A DNA stretch of 64,000 nt from contig NC_058382.1 of NCBI RefSeq assembly GCF_018350175.1, positions 58,406,001 to 58,470,000 on the forward strand, written 5' to 3'. Origin of the DNA: Felis catus. Lineage: Eukaryota. Each line of letters opens with the position of its first letter. The stretch's first letter is position 1. Positions 51,841-64,000 of the stretch are shown in pieces. A program made the position numbers and the translations under genes. The notes under the pieces were generated by a model. That model did not search any database and was not told where the DNA came from. It worked only from the letters and a program-made list of their open reading frames with translations.

Positions 51841-54800
51841 CCGACGGGGGGGGGGGGGGACGTGGGGAGGACACGATCCCACCCCCAGCAGATGGCATCG
51901 CTGCCCTCGGGCTATCCCACAACCGTCACAATAAACTACCAGAGCATTTGAGTTTGGACTTGACTTAGGAGTTGGCCTTTTCAGAGTGTAGGGGATGTTT
52001 TCTGCCTCTGCCCTGGGCCACGACCCCTTCCTCAGAGCACCACTCGGATTTCTGGTGGTGACTCATCACCCCTTAGACGGGGGCTGGGTGTGGGGCCTGG
52101 CCTGAGCCCACCGGGCATCCCAGTCCTCTGCCAGAGGGATCCGTTTGTGGACGGATGGTGGCCTGTGACCCCCCCCCCCCTTTGTGCACCGTTGTCGGGG
52201 CCCCTGCCGGAGAGGCTCGGGGAAAGCGCTTCTTCTCCACCTGAGTCTGGCCCCCGGGGCACAGGAGGGTAGTGAGCCCACCTGACCACCAAGCCCACGG
52301 GGCAGAGTGAGCCAGAGATGGAGAAGAGAGATGTGCTTTCTGGCATAATTTGAGCCCTGGATTCAGCCTCACCATGAGCCAATAAATTCCTTTTTCCTCC
52401 TCCATCCCTCAAGCCAGTTTAAGTTGATTTTTTTTTTTTTTTAATCATTCATAACAGAAAGAGCCTAATTAAGTACACGGGGTCAAACACTTGGAGTCGG
52501 CACCCTCTCTGAGAATCCAACCAAAGCTAAGACTCCTTTCCCCAGAAGCACTATGAGCACACACAACTGGGCGATTGGTCCGGCCAGAAGGCCAGCGGGG
52601 TGCCGGGAATCTCAAGCTGAAACCGACCTGACAGAAAATGCTAAAAAGCCCTTGGATGCCACCCCGGAGTCTTTTCCGGATCTGAGATGGGAGGAGACAG
52701 AGCCCTGTGCTGGGGGGGGGGGGGGGAGTTGGGGGGGGGAGTCTGCCTGCCTCCCAGAGGGACAGGAGCCCAGGGCGGCGGCATCAGGTATCTGCTCTGC
52801 ACCTCGGCCTCCCGCTCAGTCCCGGCTCCTCCCCTTGCCACCTGCAGTCTCCGGGGCGGCAGGAAGTGGGAGGGGGAGGTGGGCGTGACCACGCTGGGGG
52901 TGGGGGGCGGCTGCCCGGAAAGCTGGGCGCCCGACCCGGGAAGGCTTCTGAGGATGCGGCCCGCGGCGCTGTTTAAAATAAAAATAAGGGAAACAAGCCC
53001 GTGTTTACCGAGAGGGGAATGTGGAAACGGATGGTGGCCCTTCCCGCGGTTCGTCTGGAAGCTGCAGGTGCACGAGTTCCAGCAGGGAGGAGCCACCCGG
53101 TGCGGGGAGAGGCTGCAAGAAGCTGAGGGCGTGGTGCCCGGGCGCGGAGCACCGCAGTCACGCGGTCCTGGGGGGGCCCGGGGGGGGGGGCTCCACCTGT
53201 GGTGGGGGAAGCGGCGTGGGCGTGTGAGGTGTGAGCAGCTGCGGCACGGGGCTGCCCCGGCCGGTGCGGAGGGGTCTGGGGGACGCAGGGCCGCCAACTC
53301 TGCCTGGGTTTGGTTCTTTGCCGACCGTGAGGCATAGACCGAGGAGAACCACGACCCCAGGGCCTGCCCTGCGGGGTCCCCGCGAACCCTACACTTGCAC
53401 ACGCAGGGTGTGCGCCCACGCTCAGGCACACGTGCATAGGCACACACAGCACAGTGCACACGCCCACAGTGCACATGGACCCAGGGATGTGCGCGCACAC
53501 GCAGGCGCACACACGCACATGCCCACGCCCGGAATGCTGACCGCTCCATGTAAGTCTCCAAACCCCTCCACCCCGGATCCACCTCAGGATTTCCTGGTTA
53601 GGTGCTTCGGTGAATTGCGTTTCCCTTTGCGCAGTCAGAGTGGGTGGCTTTCTGTTACTTGTGGCTGAACACCTCAACTTGAATGCGCTTCCTGGGGTCA
53701 GTTTAGGGACCTTGTGCCTCTGGGGAGCGTTTCCGCCCGGGATCCAGTCCACCCTTCCCGTGTGTAGATGAAAAGCTCAGGTTTAGCCAGGTGAGCTGTG
53801 CAGGCGTAAACAATAGCCCGCCACCCTGTGACCGTGTGGCTTTGCTCATGGAGACCGAGCGTTGGTCACTGGCCTCCATGGGGTTTTTGACATAAGGATG
53901 TATAACCAGGGACTGCAGCAGCTGAATGCTGAGCTCTTTATGTTGTGAGTGAACTCTGTATTTTCGTCCACCTGCAGGGAACAGATCTTTCTGATGCTTA
54001 CCCTGGAAAGATCCCATTGGGTCAGAATCGGGGTCTCAGATGTCTGAGTGGCCCGTTTTGTTTCCTCGGGCTTGAAAAACACACCAGAGGCCCCCCCCCC
54101 CCCCGCCCCAACTCCCCGTCGCCGTATTCGTGTGGCCCGTGGTCCCCCTTGGGCTTCTGGTAGAGGAGGGCAAGGCTGTGCACATTTGGGGAGCGGCCTC
54201 GGCAGGCCTGTGCGCAAGGGCCAGTTAAGCCGGAGGGGCCGTGGCGCGGCCCCCAGCGCAGCTCCGACCCCGTGGTCGGGGAGGGGCTTTGTTTCCATTT
54301 TGTCTGCTGGGCACTTGGATCCTGAGGCTGTGTCTTGGGATAAATAGTGGGGCCCAGGGTCTCTGATACAAAGACCTCCAGCCACTTGGCCAGTATTTTT
54401 CTGAGTATGGATTTAGTGTTAGAGAAGAGGCCTGTGCAGTTGAAGGTTTTCTTGGTTTTGCTTTAAAATTACAAAATATCTCAGACGTACAGAACCGTAT
54501 AAAGGGTGATACAGTGAACCCAGCAGACCTGTCACCTGGCGTAAGAAACAAAACACTCCCCGGGGTCCCTTCTCGGTCACCTGCTCCGTCCCCCAGAAGT
54601 GACACTCTCTTCACACAAGGTGTTTTTCCCTGTGGGCATTTCCCCCCTGCAGTTTCCTTCCCCAAAGGGGTGAACTCAGGACTGATTTCTTCACTTTTCC
54701 AAGGGACGCCTGAGCTTCCTGCACCTGTAGCCTTTTGCCCGTGTGGTGCTTGGGCCCCGGGGACAGTGCAGGGTGGACCCTCGTGGGTGAGTGGTCCTGG

Positions 54801-56229
54801 TTCTGGTTGACCTCCTGCCTGCCTCACCCAGGTCACCTGGGCCACCTCCCGGAACCCGGAGCCCGCTGCATCCTCCTCATCTAAACAGCCAGGGGCCCAG
54901 CCGGCGCCCCCACCTCCGCACTCCCCCCACCCCAGGGGGCTGGAGGGCTGTTGGGAGGACGACGGCCGGGCTCCCTCCTCTGATTGACAGGAGCCCTCGG
55001 TAAATATTAGGGGTTGTTATTATCATGCAAGCTCCAGGCACGTTCTGACGCTGTTTCTCAGGAGACAGAGGAGGGGAGCTGCTTCCTCCTCGTTCCTGGG
55101 GTGCAGGGTGCTGGTCCCGCCACCTTGGCTGGACCGTCATAGCCTCTCTGCACACAGACAGCCTTGGACTCCTTCCCCAAAATAAAAAAGCAAAAGAAAA
55201 GGGTTTCTTCATAAGCTGTTTAGCAACCCAGGGAGGGAAAAAACAATCAGAGACGTGGAAACGTCTGGGGGGGTGGGGGGGACACTGTGCAGGGAGCCGG
55301 CGTTCCCTGCGGTGAGCCCGCAGAGCCGCCCGGACCACACGCAGCAGGACCTGCACCCGCTGGGGAAAAGGGGAACAGGAAAAGCATGGCAGGTTGAGCA
55401 ACTCAGGGCCCAGATTGGGGCCGTCAACCACAGTCCATGGACGCTGCAGCTGCCTGGTGTTTGCACAGGAAGCGTCCCCACACCGGGACGGGCGGGCCCC
55501 TCTGCGCACGCAGGGTGGGCGCCTCGGGGGTCCTGCGCGCTTCGAGGGCCCGGCTTCCCAGCGGGGGGGGGGGGGGGGGGGGAGGGGACCAGGGCTGTGG
55601 CCCTTGCACACCACCGTGGAGCCGAGCTTTAAGCCAGAGGGTCAGATAGAGGGAGGCTTGGGGGGGGGGGCGCCCGGAGCTCTCGCCCCACCTTGGCCCA
55701 CCTCTCCCAGGAACCCCCCGGGACTCTCCCGAAGTCTATCGCCTCCCCACTGGGCACCCTTGTCGCGTTTCACTTCTGAACGTTGTCTCCCCCTGTGATT
55801 GCCTAGGGGCTCGTGCAGCCCGGTTCGGAACACCATACCGGTAACTCTGTGGGAGAAAGTGTGGAAAAGGAAAACAGAATTTACCCGCTCCCCCACCCCC
55901 CTCCGCGCCCCCCCCGCCCCGGGCACCATAGCTCATGTAATTCTGCTAGAGTTCCTTCCAGACTTTTTTCCCCCCGAGTGCGTGTTCTTGCATGTGGTTT
56001 AAGCACAGTCCAGACCCACGTAATCTCCTGAGCATTTGCCCATGTGTTTTTTGTTCGTAGCCTCTTCAGCCCTGGGGGTTCGGACTGTTGTTTTAGTAGC
56101 AGGTTTTTAAAAAAGCGTTTGAGTGTGGAAAAAGGTCAAACACACACGAAAGCAGAGTGAGTAGTGAGAGAAATCTCCGTGCCCATCGTCCCGTGTTTAT
56201 GCTTCTCAGCAAGTGGCCTGACCACCCTG

Positions 56230-56690
56230 CTGGTTTTTTTCTTATTGTGGTATAACATAAAACATAAAACTTGCGTTTTGACCAGTTTTAAGCGTGCAGG
56301 TTCTGTGGCCTTAAGTATATTCATACTGTTGTGCAAACATCCCCACCACCATCTCCAGAACTTTTCTGTCTTCCCAAACAGAAGCTTCCCCATCCAACGG
56401 CAGCTCCCCATGTCTCCCCCTGCCAGCCCCCAGGAGCCCGTGGTCTCTTTTCTGTCTCCGTGACCTCGACTACCTAGGTGCCTCATACAGGCAGAATAAT
56501 AATAACATTTGACCTTTTGTGACTGGCTTCTTTCTTTCAGCACGATGTCTTCGGGCTTCAGGCGTTAGTAGCATGAGTCCCAGGTCCTTTTCTTATGGCC
56601 GAATGACATCCCATTATATGTGTAGGCCACATTTTGTTTATCCGTTTATCCATCGGAGGCCCTTTGGGTTGTTTGACTCTGCTATTTTTT
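56230..56690 (-). mobile_element. Old L1 3' end fragment (L1M-type)
   Basis: accagttttaagcgtgcaggttctgtggccttaagtatattcatactgttgtgcaa..ccatctccagaac..tgtgactggcttctttc..cacattttgtttatccgtttatc. Confidence 0.8.
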
Positions 56691-56694
56691 CTCT

Positions 56695-56888
56695 TAATGT
56701 TTTTTTTTTGAGAGAGAAAGAGAGAGTGCGTGCACGTAATTAGGGTGGGCAGAGAGAGGAAGACGGAGGAACCTAAGCAGGCTCCGCGCTGTCAGCAGAG
56801 GGCACGATGCGGGGCCCAAACTCATGAGCCGTGAGATCCTGACCTGAGCCGAAGTTGGACGCTCCACCGACTGAGCCCCCCAGGCGCG
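56695..56888 (-). mobile_element. CanSINE
   Basis: T tail and body ending gactgagcccccccaggcgc. Confidence 0.88.
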
Positions 56889-57138
56889 TCCCGACCCTGG
56901 TATTTTTAAGCAGGTTCCAGGCATCATCTTGTTCTATCCACAAATATGTCTAAATACTTACAGATGTGGACTTTAAGAAAAAAAATCACAGCACAACCAC
57001 TATTCCGTCCGGACAAGTTAACCACAATTTCTTTAAACCACCTAATATCCAGGCGTCATTCAGATTTCTGATTTTCTTGTGAATGTCTTCCTAAAGTTGT
57101 TTGGCTTGAATGAATTAGGATCTAAAAAAGGTGGATGT

Positions 57139-57350
57139 GGGGGTGCCTGGGTGGCTCAGTCGGTTGAGCGTCTGACTTGGGCTCAGGTCATGATCTCGTG
57201 GTTCGTGAGTTCGAGCCCCGCGTCGGGCTCTGTGCCGACAGCTCGGAGCCTGGGGCCTGGCTTCGGATTCTGTGTCTCCCTCTCTCTCTGCCCCACCCCC
57301 ACTCGCGCTCTGTCTCTCTCTCTCTCAAAAATCAACATTAAAAAGAATTT
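57139..57350 (+). mobile_element. CanSINE
   Basis: ggggtgcctgggtggctcagtcggttgagcgtctgact head, (CT)n, A tail; TSD-like aa..ggtgg(a/c)tgtg. Confidence 0.92.
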
Positions 57351-60222
57351 TAAGAAGGGTGGCTGTGTTCCTTAAGACTCCCTTGTCCTTTCCCTTTTCT
57401 CTTGCCATTTGTTTGTTGAAGAGACTGGGTCCTCATCCTGCGGCATGTCTCCCATGTGTCTTTGACGTGTCCTTCTGTCCGTCCGGGCTGGACCCGGCTC
57501 AGGGTCAGGTTTGGTAGGGGCGCTTCTGCAGGCGCCGTGTCCCTCCTGCTGTAGTGGATCAGCAGGTGCTCCTGTTCAGTCCATCGAGTTTTCTTTTGCC
57601 TTTTTTCCTCCTTTATGTTTATTGTTACTGCTTATTTTGAAACCACTTCAAGCTTACAGGAGCACATTTCAAAGAACGTTTCGGAGAACTCCTGTGTACC
57701 CTTCATCCAGAGACCCCATCCAAGTTTCCCAAACGGTGGGGCCCTTGTCCCAGTCACGTGCTCCCTAAGGCAAGACCCAATCCAGGGCCGCTGGATCTGC
57801 CCCAGTCTTCGGTCTGGAGCAGTTCATGGGTTTCTCTCCTCGGCATTCACAGCCTTGAGAGGTTTGCTGTTGCAGACTGGTCTTTTGTCAAATGCCTCTC
57901 CACTTGGATTTGTCCGACGCTTCCTCGCGAGGGGTGAAAGTGCACTAAGGGTGCAGCTCTGTGGCGTGAGGCACGTCCACACTGTTGCGCAACATCCCCA
58001 CCATCCATCTCTAGAAATTTCCCGTCGTCCCAAACACAAGCTCTGTCCCCCATTGAACAGCACCTGCCCGTTGCCGCCCGCCCCAGCCCCCGGCTGGAAC
58101 GTCACAGCATTCTTGTCAGTGCATCCCGCCAGGGTGGGGGTGCACGTGAGGGTTTGGCCAGCCCGGTGGCATCGGCACTGATGCCTCATCACTTGATCAC
58201 TTGGTCACTGGCGATCACCTGATTGAGATGGCTTCGGCTGGGTCTCGCCATCGTGGAGTCACTTCCCCGCGTTTGCATTCGGTGAGCGTTTCGGGGAGAG
58301 GCACTTTGGGAAGATGTAAAGTCCTGCCCCTTGCTACTCTTTCGCTAATCTCGGTATCCGCGAGTATTTCTTGTTTTGGTCAGTCATTGCCGTCAGGATG
58401 GCCACGCGGTGGTTTTTAATTCCGTTGTTTCTGTGTGGCTGTTGGCGTTCTCCCGTGAGAAAGAGCCTCCTCTTTTGCTCTCTCGCTTATTCCGGTCGCA
58501 TCCGTGGGCTCCTGTTCAAAGCCAGCCTCTGTGACTGTCGCCATTTATTTTCATCCTCAACCGCACGTGTCTCTTAAGCCACTCTTGTCCCTCCACCTTC
58601 CGTGACGGAGCTTCTCCCATACGCGGCAGGATCTCGCTCCTTCTGAACGTGGCCTCGTTCTCTGTGGCAGCTCTATCAGTGGACCCTTCATCTGCCTCCA
58701 GTTCCCCCAACAGCACTGGAGGGGCCCCGTTCCCTCCTGGGAAGCATTCTGCTTTAGAAAGCTCGCCTTGCCAGAAATTTCTTTCTTCTTCTGCACCCAG
58801 ATGTATCTTCTTGCGGCTTCTACGCCATCCTTTCCTGAAGCCACCTTCCGGGGGGTCTCCTATCTGTCGCATGAGCCGTGGAGCTCAAAGGCCAAATCTG
58901 AGGCTTGTCCACCCAGCAGGTCACGGCATGGGCAAAGACGGCTCGGGCCCCCAGCCTCCCTTCTCTGGGTACAGGCTGTGGTTCCTGCGGCCGCCCTCCG
59001 GGCCATGGCCTCCGGCTCCTCTGGTCACAGCCCGGTCTCTGGGCGCCATGTCCCGAGTGAGCATGGGCTTCCCCGTGGCCTGGCTGGAGGGGACTACAGG
59101 CCTGGCCGCCCGCTGCTCTGGGCTCCGGCCGTCCTGCCCGATGCCACTGCTGTCGCATTTCACAGACAGCCATGTCTGCTGCTGGTGCCGCGGGTTACGG
59201 TTGGCAGGAGGCCCCTCCGCGGGCTTGAGCCCTCGTGTCTGCAGTACAGGCGGCTGCCGCCGGGGACGTGAGCGTCTGTGGGGTTATGCCAGGGGCCCCC
59301 GGGCAGGGAGGGCGCCCTCAAGTTAGGACAGAGTGCCCGGCCCCTTGGTCCACAACTCATTTCCGAGGATTTAGGGGGGAGGGGGAGGGAGGCAGAACCC
59401 AGGAGAGTTCAGGACCCCAGGTGGGGGCAGAGCAGCTGTCCCCACCCCAACCCAGCAGGGCCAAGGGAAGGAAGACATTTCTAGAACAGGAAGGAGGGAG
59501 TTCTCTCCATCTCTCCTGGGAGGAGCACTGATCCTTGGGGCAGGGATGCAGCCTGTCGTATGGGGAGCGGCCAGCGGACAGAGGCCACAGCCCGGTCCTC
59601 CTCCCTCCAGCCTCCTACTGGGCTCCCCATAGCTGGCTTTGGACGCAGTGGAGGTTTGGCGATGGGGCCACGCAGGCTGGATGGAAAGCAGGTCTAGGGA
59701 GGCACACGGAAGATTCCAGCACAGAGACTTAGTGGAATTTGCCCGAGGTCTGAGGCGGAATTGGGGGTGGTGGCCGTGTAGCACCTGTGTTCTGGATAAG
59801 GGGTCTCAGCTCATTCCCCTTCTCTCTCTTTCCCCCTGTTCACCCAGGTGCTCTCAGCCACACGCGGCTCTGTGCGCAGCGTCTAATCCCCTGTCATCCT
59901 GTCCCCTCGCGGTGCCCTCCCCCACAGTGAGAGAGTGAGCGGGACGGCGAGTGAAGAACCACTCTCCACCGCGGGGCGAGTGTCCAGAGAGGCTGTCTGT
60001 CCTCCAGACCCGCTGGGGAACGTCTCCACCCCGCAGGGCTGGTTTCTGCCCCTCCTCAGCACACGGCTTGTCTGAAAGAGCCGCCTCTCCTGATGGATGG
60101 TGTTTTCCTACCGGGCAGGTGGTGGGACACGTCACTCGATTTATCCTCCTGCTTGGTCTGCCTCACCGGCAAATGGAAACAGCGTCGGGCTGAGTATCAG
60201 TTGGAATCAAGTTTGGCTGTGT

Positions 60223-60305
60223 GGAAGGAAGGCAGGAAGGCAGGAAGGCAAGAGGGAAAGAGGGAAGAAGGGAAAGAGAGGAGGGAAGGAAGGAATCAAA
60301 GGGAA
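60223..60305. repeat. GA-rich / (GGAA)-like low-complexity tract
   Basis: ggaaggaaggcaggaaggcaggaaggcaagagggaaagagggaagaagggaaag. Confidence 0.8.
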
Positions 60306-63300
60306 ATAAGTGAGAGGAGGAGTTCTTTCCCTAGACAGAAAATTGCTCTCGCCACATATTAGAACAAGAAAGCTCCCAAGGTAGCAGCTCCACGCTGGTA
60401 TGGCTACTGCGTCCTGAAGCTTCTCCCATCCTACTGTTCTGTCATTCCCAGCACAGTGCCTCAGGGTCCAAGACGGGCTGCTCAAGTTCCAGCCATCAGG
60501 TCTGCATTCCGGCCAGCCAAGAAGAAGAAAGGGGGAGGCTGAGCCACTCCCTTTTTCTTTGAGGAAAATGCGTGGAGGGAGCGAAGCACACTCCAGCTTA
60601 CGTTTCATTTGTTGAAAAAATTAGCTTCTCTTGTTGAAAAACACTTCTGCAAGGATGCCTGCCAGATTTTAAGTGGGTGCCTCTGGGCATTGGGGTGTGC
60701 GGTGCTCCTGATTTTTGCCTGCGGACAAACTCCATCCTCGCCAGGAGGTGGAATCCAAGCCAGTGAGGAGGGAGTTGCTGCCCAAGGCCTGGAGAACGAG
60801 AGGGGTTCACGGAGAGAGGGGGCGGCCCCGTGGGAAAACAGGTGGGCCCGTGACTCACAGGGGCTGCCGTGCCGGAAAGGAGTTAGGACCCTGGCTGGCT
60901 GTGGGCCCTGGGGGTGGGGGGTCCGGGGAGCCCGTTCCAACCCAACATGATAAAATGCTCTGGCAGCTACAGTTTTCAACGGGGCAGCTCGGTGAGGGTT
61001 TTCCCCGGGCATTTAGGGGAGGACAACCTCCCGCCCCTCGGTACTCATCTTCCTGCTGTCCCGAGAGCCCCCGGGTGTCATCTCGTGCCTGAGCCTCTGT
61101 ACCCCGAAGCTGAGCAACAGAGCGGGGGCAGCGGTGTGTGGCCAGCCCACGTCTGCAGCTGGCAGGTGGCAGGACCGGGAAGAGAACCCGGGCAGTCCTC
61201 CTGCTCGGGGCCGGCCTGGCCCTCCAGACAACCGGCCTGGTGTGGAATACGCAGGCGGAGCCAGACGTGGCTTCCACACCCTCCTGGCTCCGCGGGTCCC
61301 ACAGAGGGCGGTGGCAGAGCGGAGAAAGACCGGCTTCCGTGGTGCCGGGAGGGACTCAGTCCGCCACGGAGCTTGGAGGGGGGAGAAGCCCAGAGACATT
61401 GTCTCTTCAGGAGGTGCCCAGGGCATTGGCCGTCGGCTCCGTCCACAGTGTCGCAGGAGGGGAGGCCCCGTTTGCTGCTTCCGTGTAGCTCTGTCTGGAG
61501 GGGAGCTGTGCAGGTGGTGTGGACAAGCGTATTCTGGGCCCGTGACCCCCGGCATCTCCAGAAGTTTGTGTGTTTCCTGTACTAGTCTAACAGGTTGGGT
61601 CCTGTGTCCTTGTTCTGCGTCTTTGAGACGAGCAGGTCCTAGTGGAGCAGGATTAGTGGCACAAGGGGCCAGATGGCCTTCTGGAGAGGGTCCCCTGGCC
61701 TCAAGCCCCAACCCCAGGTCCGCGTTCCAGATCCTTCTCTGCAGAGGCAGGTGCTGCCTGTTGGGTACCAGGTTGGGGCTTGGGGTTCTGGCTGTGGGAA
61801 CTCCTTGCCCGCATTGGCCCAGCTTTCTGGAAGGTGGGGTGTTCCTCGGAGGTAACGAACGGAAAACACGACGTCAGCCAGGAGAGCCCCGGCAGCCGAG
61901 CCGTGCGCCACGAGGCCGCGGGGGCCACGCGGGGTTTGGAAGTCACGGTCCCTGGCCGCAGCAGCGCCTCTGACACCCGGGGCTCGTGACCGCGACCTCG
62001 GAACCGGGGGCAGAGTCCCACAGCTCAGAAGCTTACTTGGGAGGTCTGTGCGAACTCAGGCTGCGGGGCCGTGCGGGGCACCCGCGCAGGCTCAGGCGGC
62101 ACGAGGGGTCCACGGGTCAGCTGAGTTCCTAGCCGGACTCCCAGAGTGACGTCGTGACGACGTCAAAGTGGTTCTGTCCTTGGCTCTGGAGTCCCAACTA
62201 CCTGCAAAGTAGGAGAGAATGTCGTTCTGAGAATTCAAAACGCAAAGTTCTCAGTAAAGGATTTTAAAGATCCTCTCTTTTGGAGAAAGATGGCAACAGT
62301 AAGGAAGCCGTTGGCATCAGGTGCTGGGAGCATCCGGGAGGACGTCCTGAGCTGGTGGATTCGCCTGCATCCCCGGCCCCCGTGGGACCGGACCCTGGAG
62401 GCCGTCGGACTTGATGTGGAAGTGGCCATCGGTGGGGAGGCAGCTCGGGAGCCCAGAGAGCTTCGGCTCCCTGCCCTCCTTGGTGGGAAGGCCTTGGCCC
62501 CGAGCTCCTTGGCTTGGTGTCACAGAGCCATGGAGCCACCCGCCTGCGGGACGGGAGTGAATCACAGGCTGGACGCTGGTTTCCAGAGTTCTCCCAGAGG
62601 GGGCTCTCCTGCCCCTCGACACTCAGGGGCCGCTGAGCCGCCGTCACCTGTGGCTTCCAGGACCTTGAATGACCGCCCTCCCCCCCCCCCCCCCCCCCCC
62701 CGCCCAACGGAGGCTAGGGTAAATAACCCTGAGGTCGGGTAACGGAGGCAGCTCGCAAGATGGTGGCTGTGTCGGAGCTCCGGCATCACCACAAACTCTG
62801 TTCTTGACCAGGAGGACCCATTCCCACCCCCACCACGACCAAGGTGCATCCAGAAACGCATCTGGGACCTTGGGAAGCAGTTGGCCTGGTGTTGAGCATT
62901 CCACAGAGGGCCGAGCGGGAGAGGGTTGATTAATTACTGAGGGTGGACATCGACGAACGTCCCGAAGAGAGGGACAAAATGTCAGCGGGCATCGCGGGTG
63001 CGGGGGGACCCACGGGAGCTCCGGGTAGGCAAGGGCAGAGTGGGGGTCTCCGAGGTAGGGCCCCTGTGCCACACTCAGGGCATTCGTGTGGGCCGTGGAG
63101 GCCAGGAGACCACCGTGTCCGTCCCCGTGCACGGTTCCCAGACGGGCCCCGGATGCGGTGACGACCTTGTCCCCAGGCAGAGTCCCTGAGAACTGGGCTC
63201 CCCCACTCCAGCTGTCGGCCTGCTGTTTTTCAGTTCCCCATTGGTCCTGCGTTCCCAGGGCTGCTGTTGCCCACCCCAGCTGGAAGCCCGGCCACAGGGC

Positions 63301-64000
63301 CTGCAGTCCCGGTCCTGCGGCCGGCTCGGCAGCTGGGCCTGGGACTCTGCGTGCCAGCGCCTGTCCCCACCCAGTGGCCTGTGAGTGTGGGCCCTCGGAG
63401 GGCTGGGCGGTATGGGGGGGGGGGAGACCAGGGTCCTGGGGCTGCCCAGCCTGAGCCCCTCTGAGCCTCCACTGCAACGTCAGCGATGCGCGACGGGGCG
63501 CAGGGAGGCTCAAATGGGACAAAGTGCGCAAACGCCTCACACCAGACGTGGACTGGCTTCCACCTTTCTCTCTGAAGGCGCCTCACGGACCTTCTCCCCT
63601 TCCCTGCTCTTCCTTCTTCCCCCCGCGGACGCCTCACTGCATCTCCACTCGCTGGATGCAGGACGCTGGGCCGCGTCCCCCGGCTCTGCCGCCCCTGAGC
63701 CGGGCCCCCACGGAGGGGTTCCTGGAGATGCATGTTCTAGCTTTCCAGGCCCTCGGCCGGGGCCACGTCCCAGCTCGGAGGACGTGGTCAGAATGAGAGG
63801 ATCTGCCGTGGAGCCCCACTCAGAGTGGGGGCCGCGTGGGGCAAAGGGGAGGCTCCTTTTGGGCGGGGGGGTTCTGTGCCAGCTGCAGACACACTGCCCC
63901 CTCCCGAAGCTCGGGGTGACCACAGGGGTGATTGAATCTGCCGGAAGTCAGGTCCAAACCCCCCTGCTTGTGTAACTCAGGGGTGATTCTTTTTACCGAC

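Noticed and set aside
47200..64000. IRF8 exons or another protein-coding gene downstream of COX4I1
   Set aside because: No IRF DNA-binding-domain sequence or coherent spliced ORF was found.

Overview
Mammalian genomic DNA, GC- and CpG-rich, almost certainly from a carnivore and probably a felid, judging by about 20 tRNA-derived CanSINEs including young SINEC_Fc-like copies. The window holds two complete, intact five-exon genes arranged head-to-head around a shared CpG-island promoter. EMC8 (COX4NB/NOC4) is on the minus strand, with CDS 34167-33937, 26187-26111, 19030-18961, 18223-18129 and 17654-17495 (633 nt, 210 aa). COX4I1 is on the plus strand, with a non-coding exon 1 ending at 34655 and CDS 35791-35863, 40058-40225, 40774-40905 and 41762-41898 (510 nt, 169 aa). 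All CDS junctions are GT-AG and phase-consistent. The rest is intronic or intergenic DNA with CanSINEs, L1 fragments, MaLR (MLT1-like) LTRs, MIR, a MER5A-like DNA transposon and simple repeats. Most six-frame ORFs are artefacts of GC-rich DNA or repeats. I found no support for a new multi-gene system. The most notable local features are a 24-bp tandem duplication in the bidirectional promoter, a stop-free in-frame upstream extension of EMC8, three SINEs serially inserted at one target site, a perfect double-CRE-like palindrome in a distal CpG-rich block, and a G-quadruplex upstream of a weak COX4I1 acceptor. Repeat boundaries and family names were assigned by eye and are approximate.
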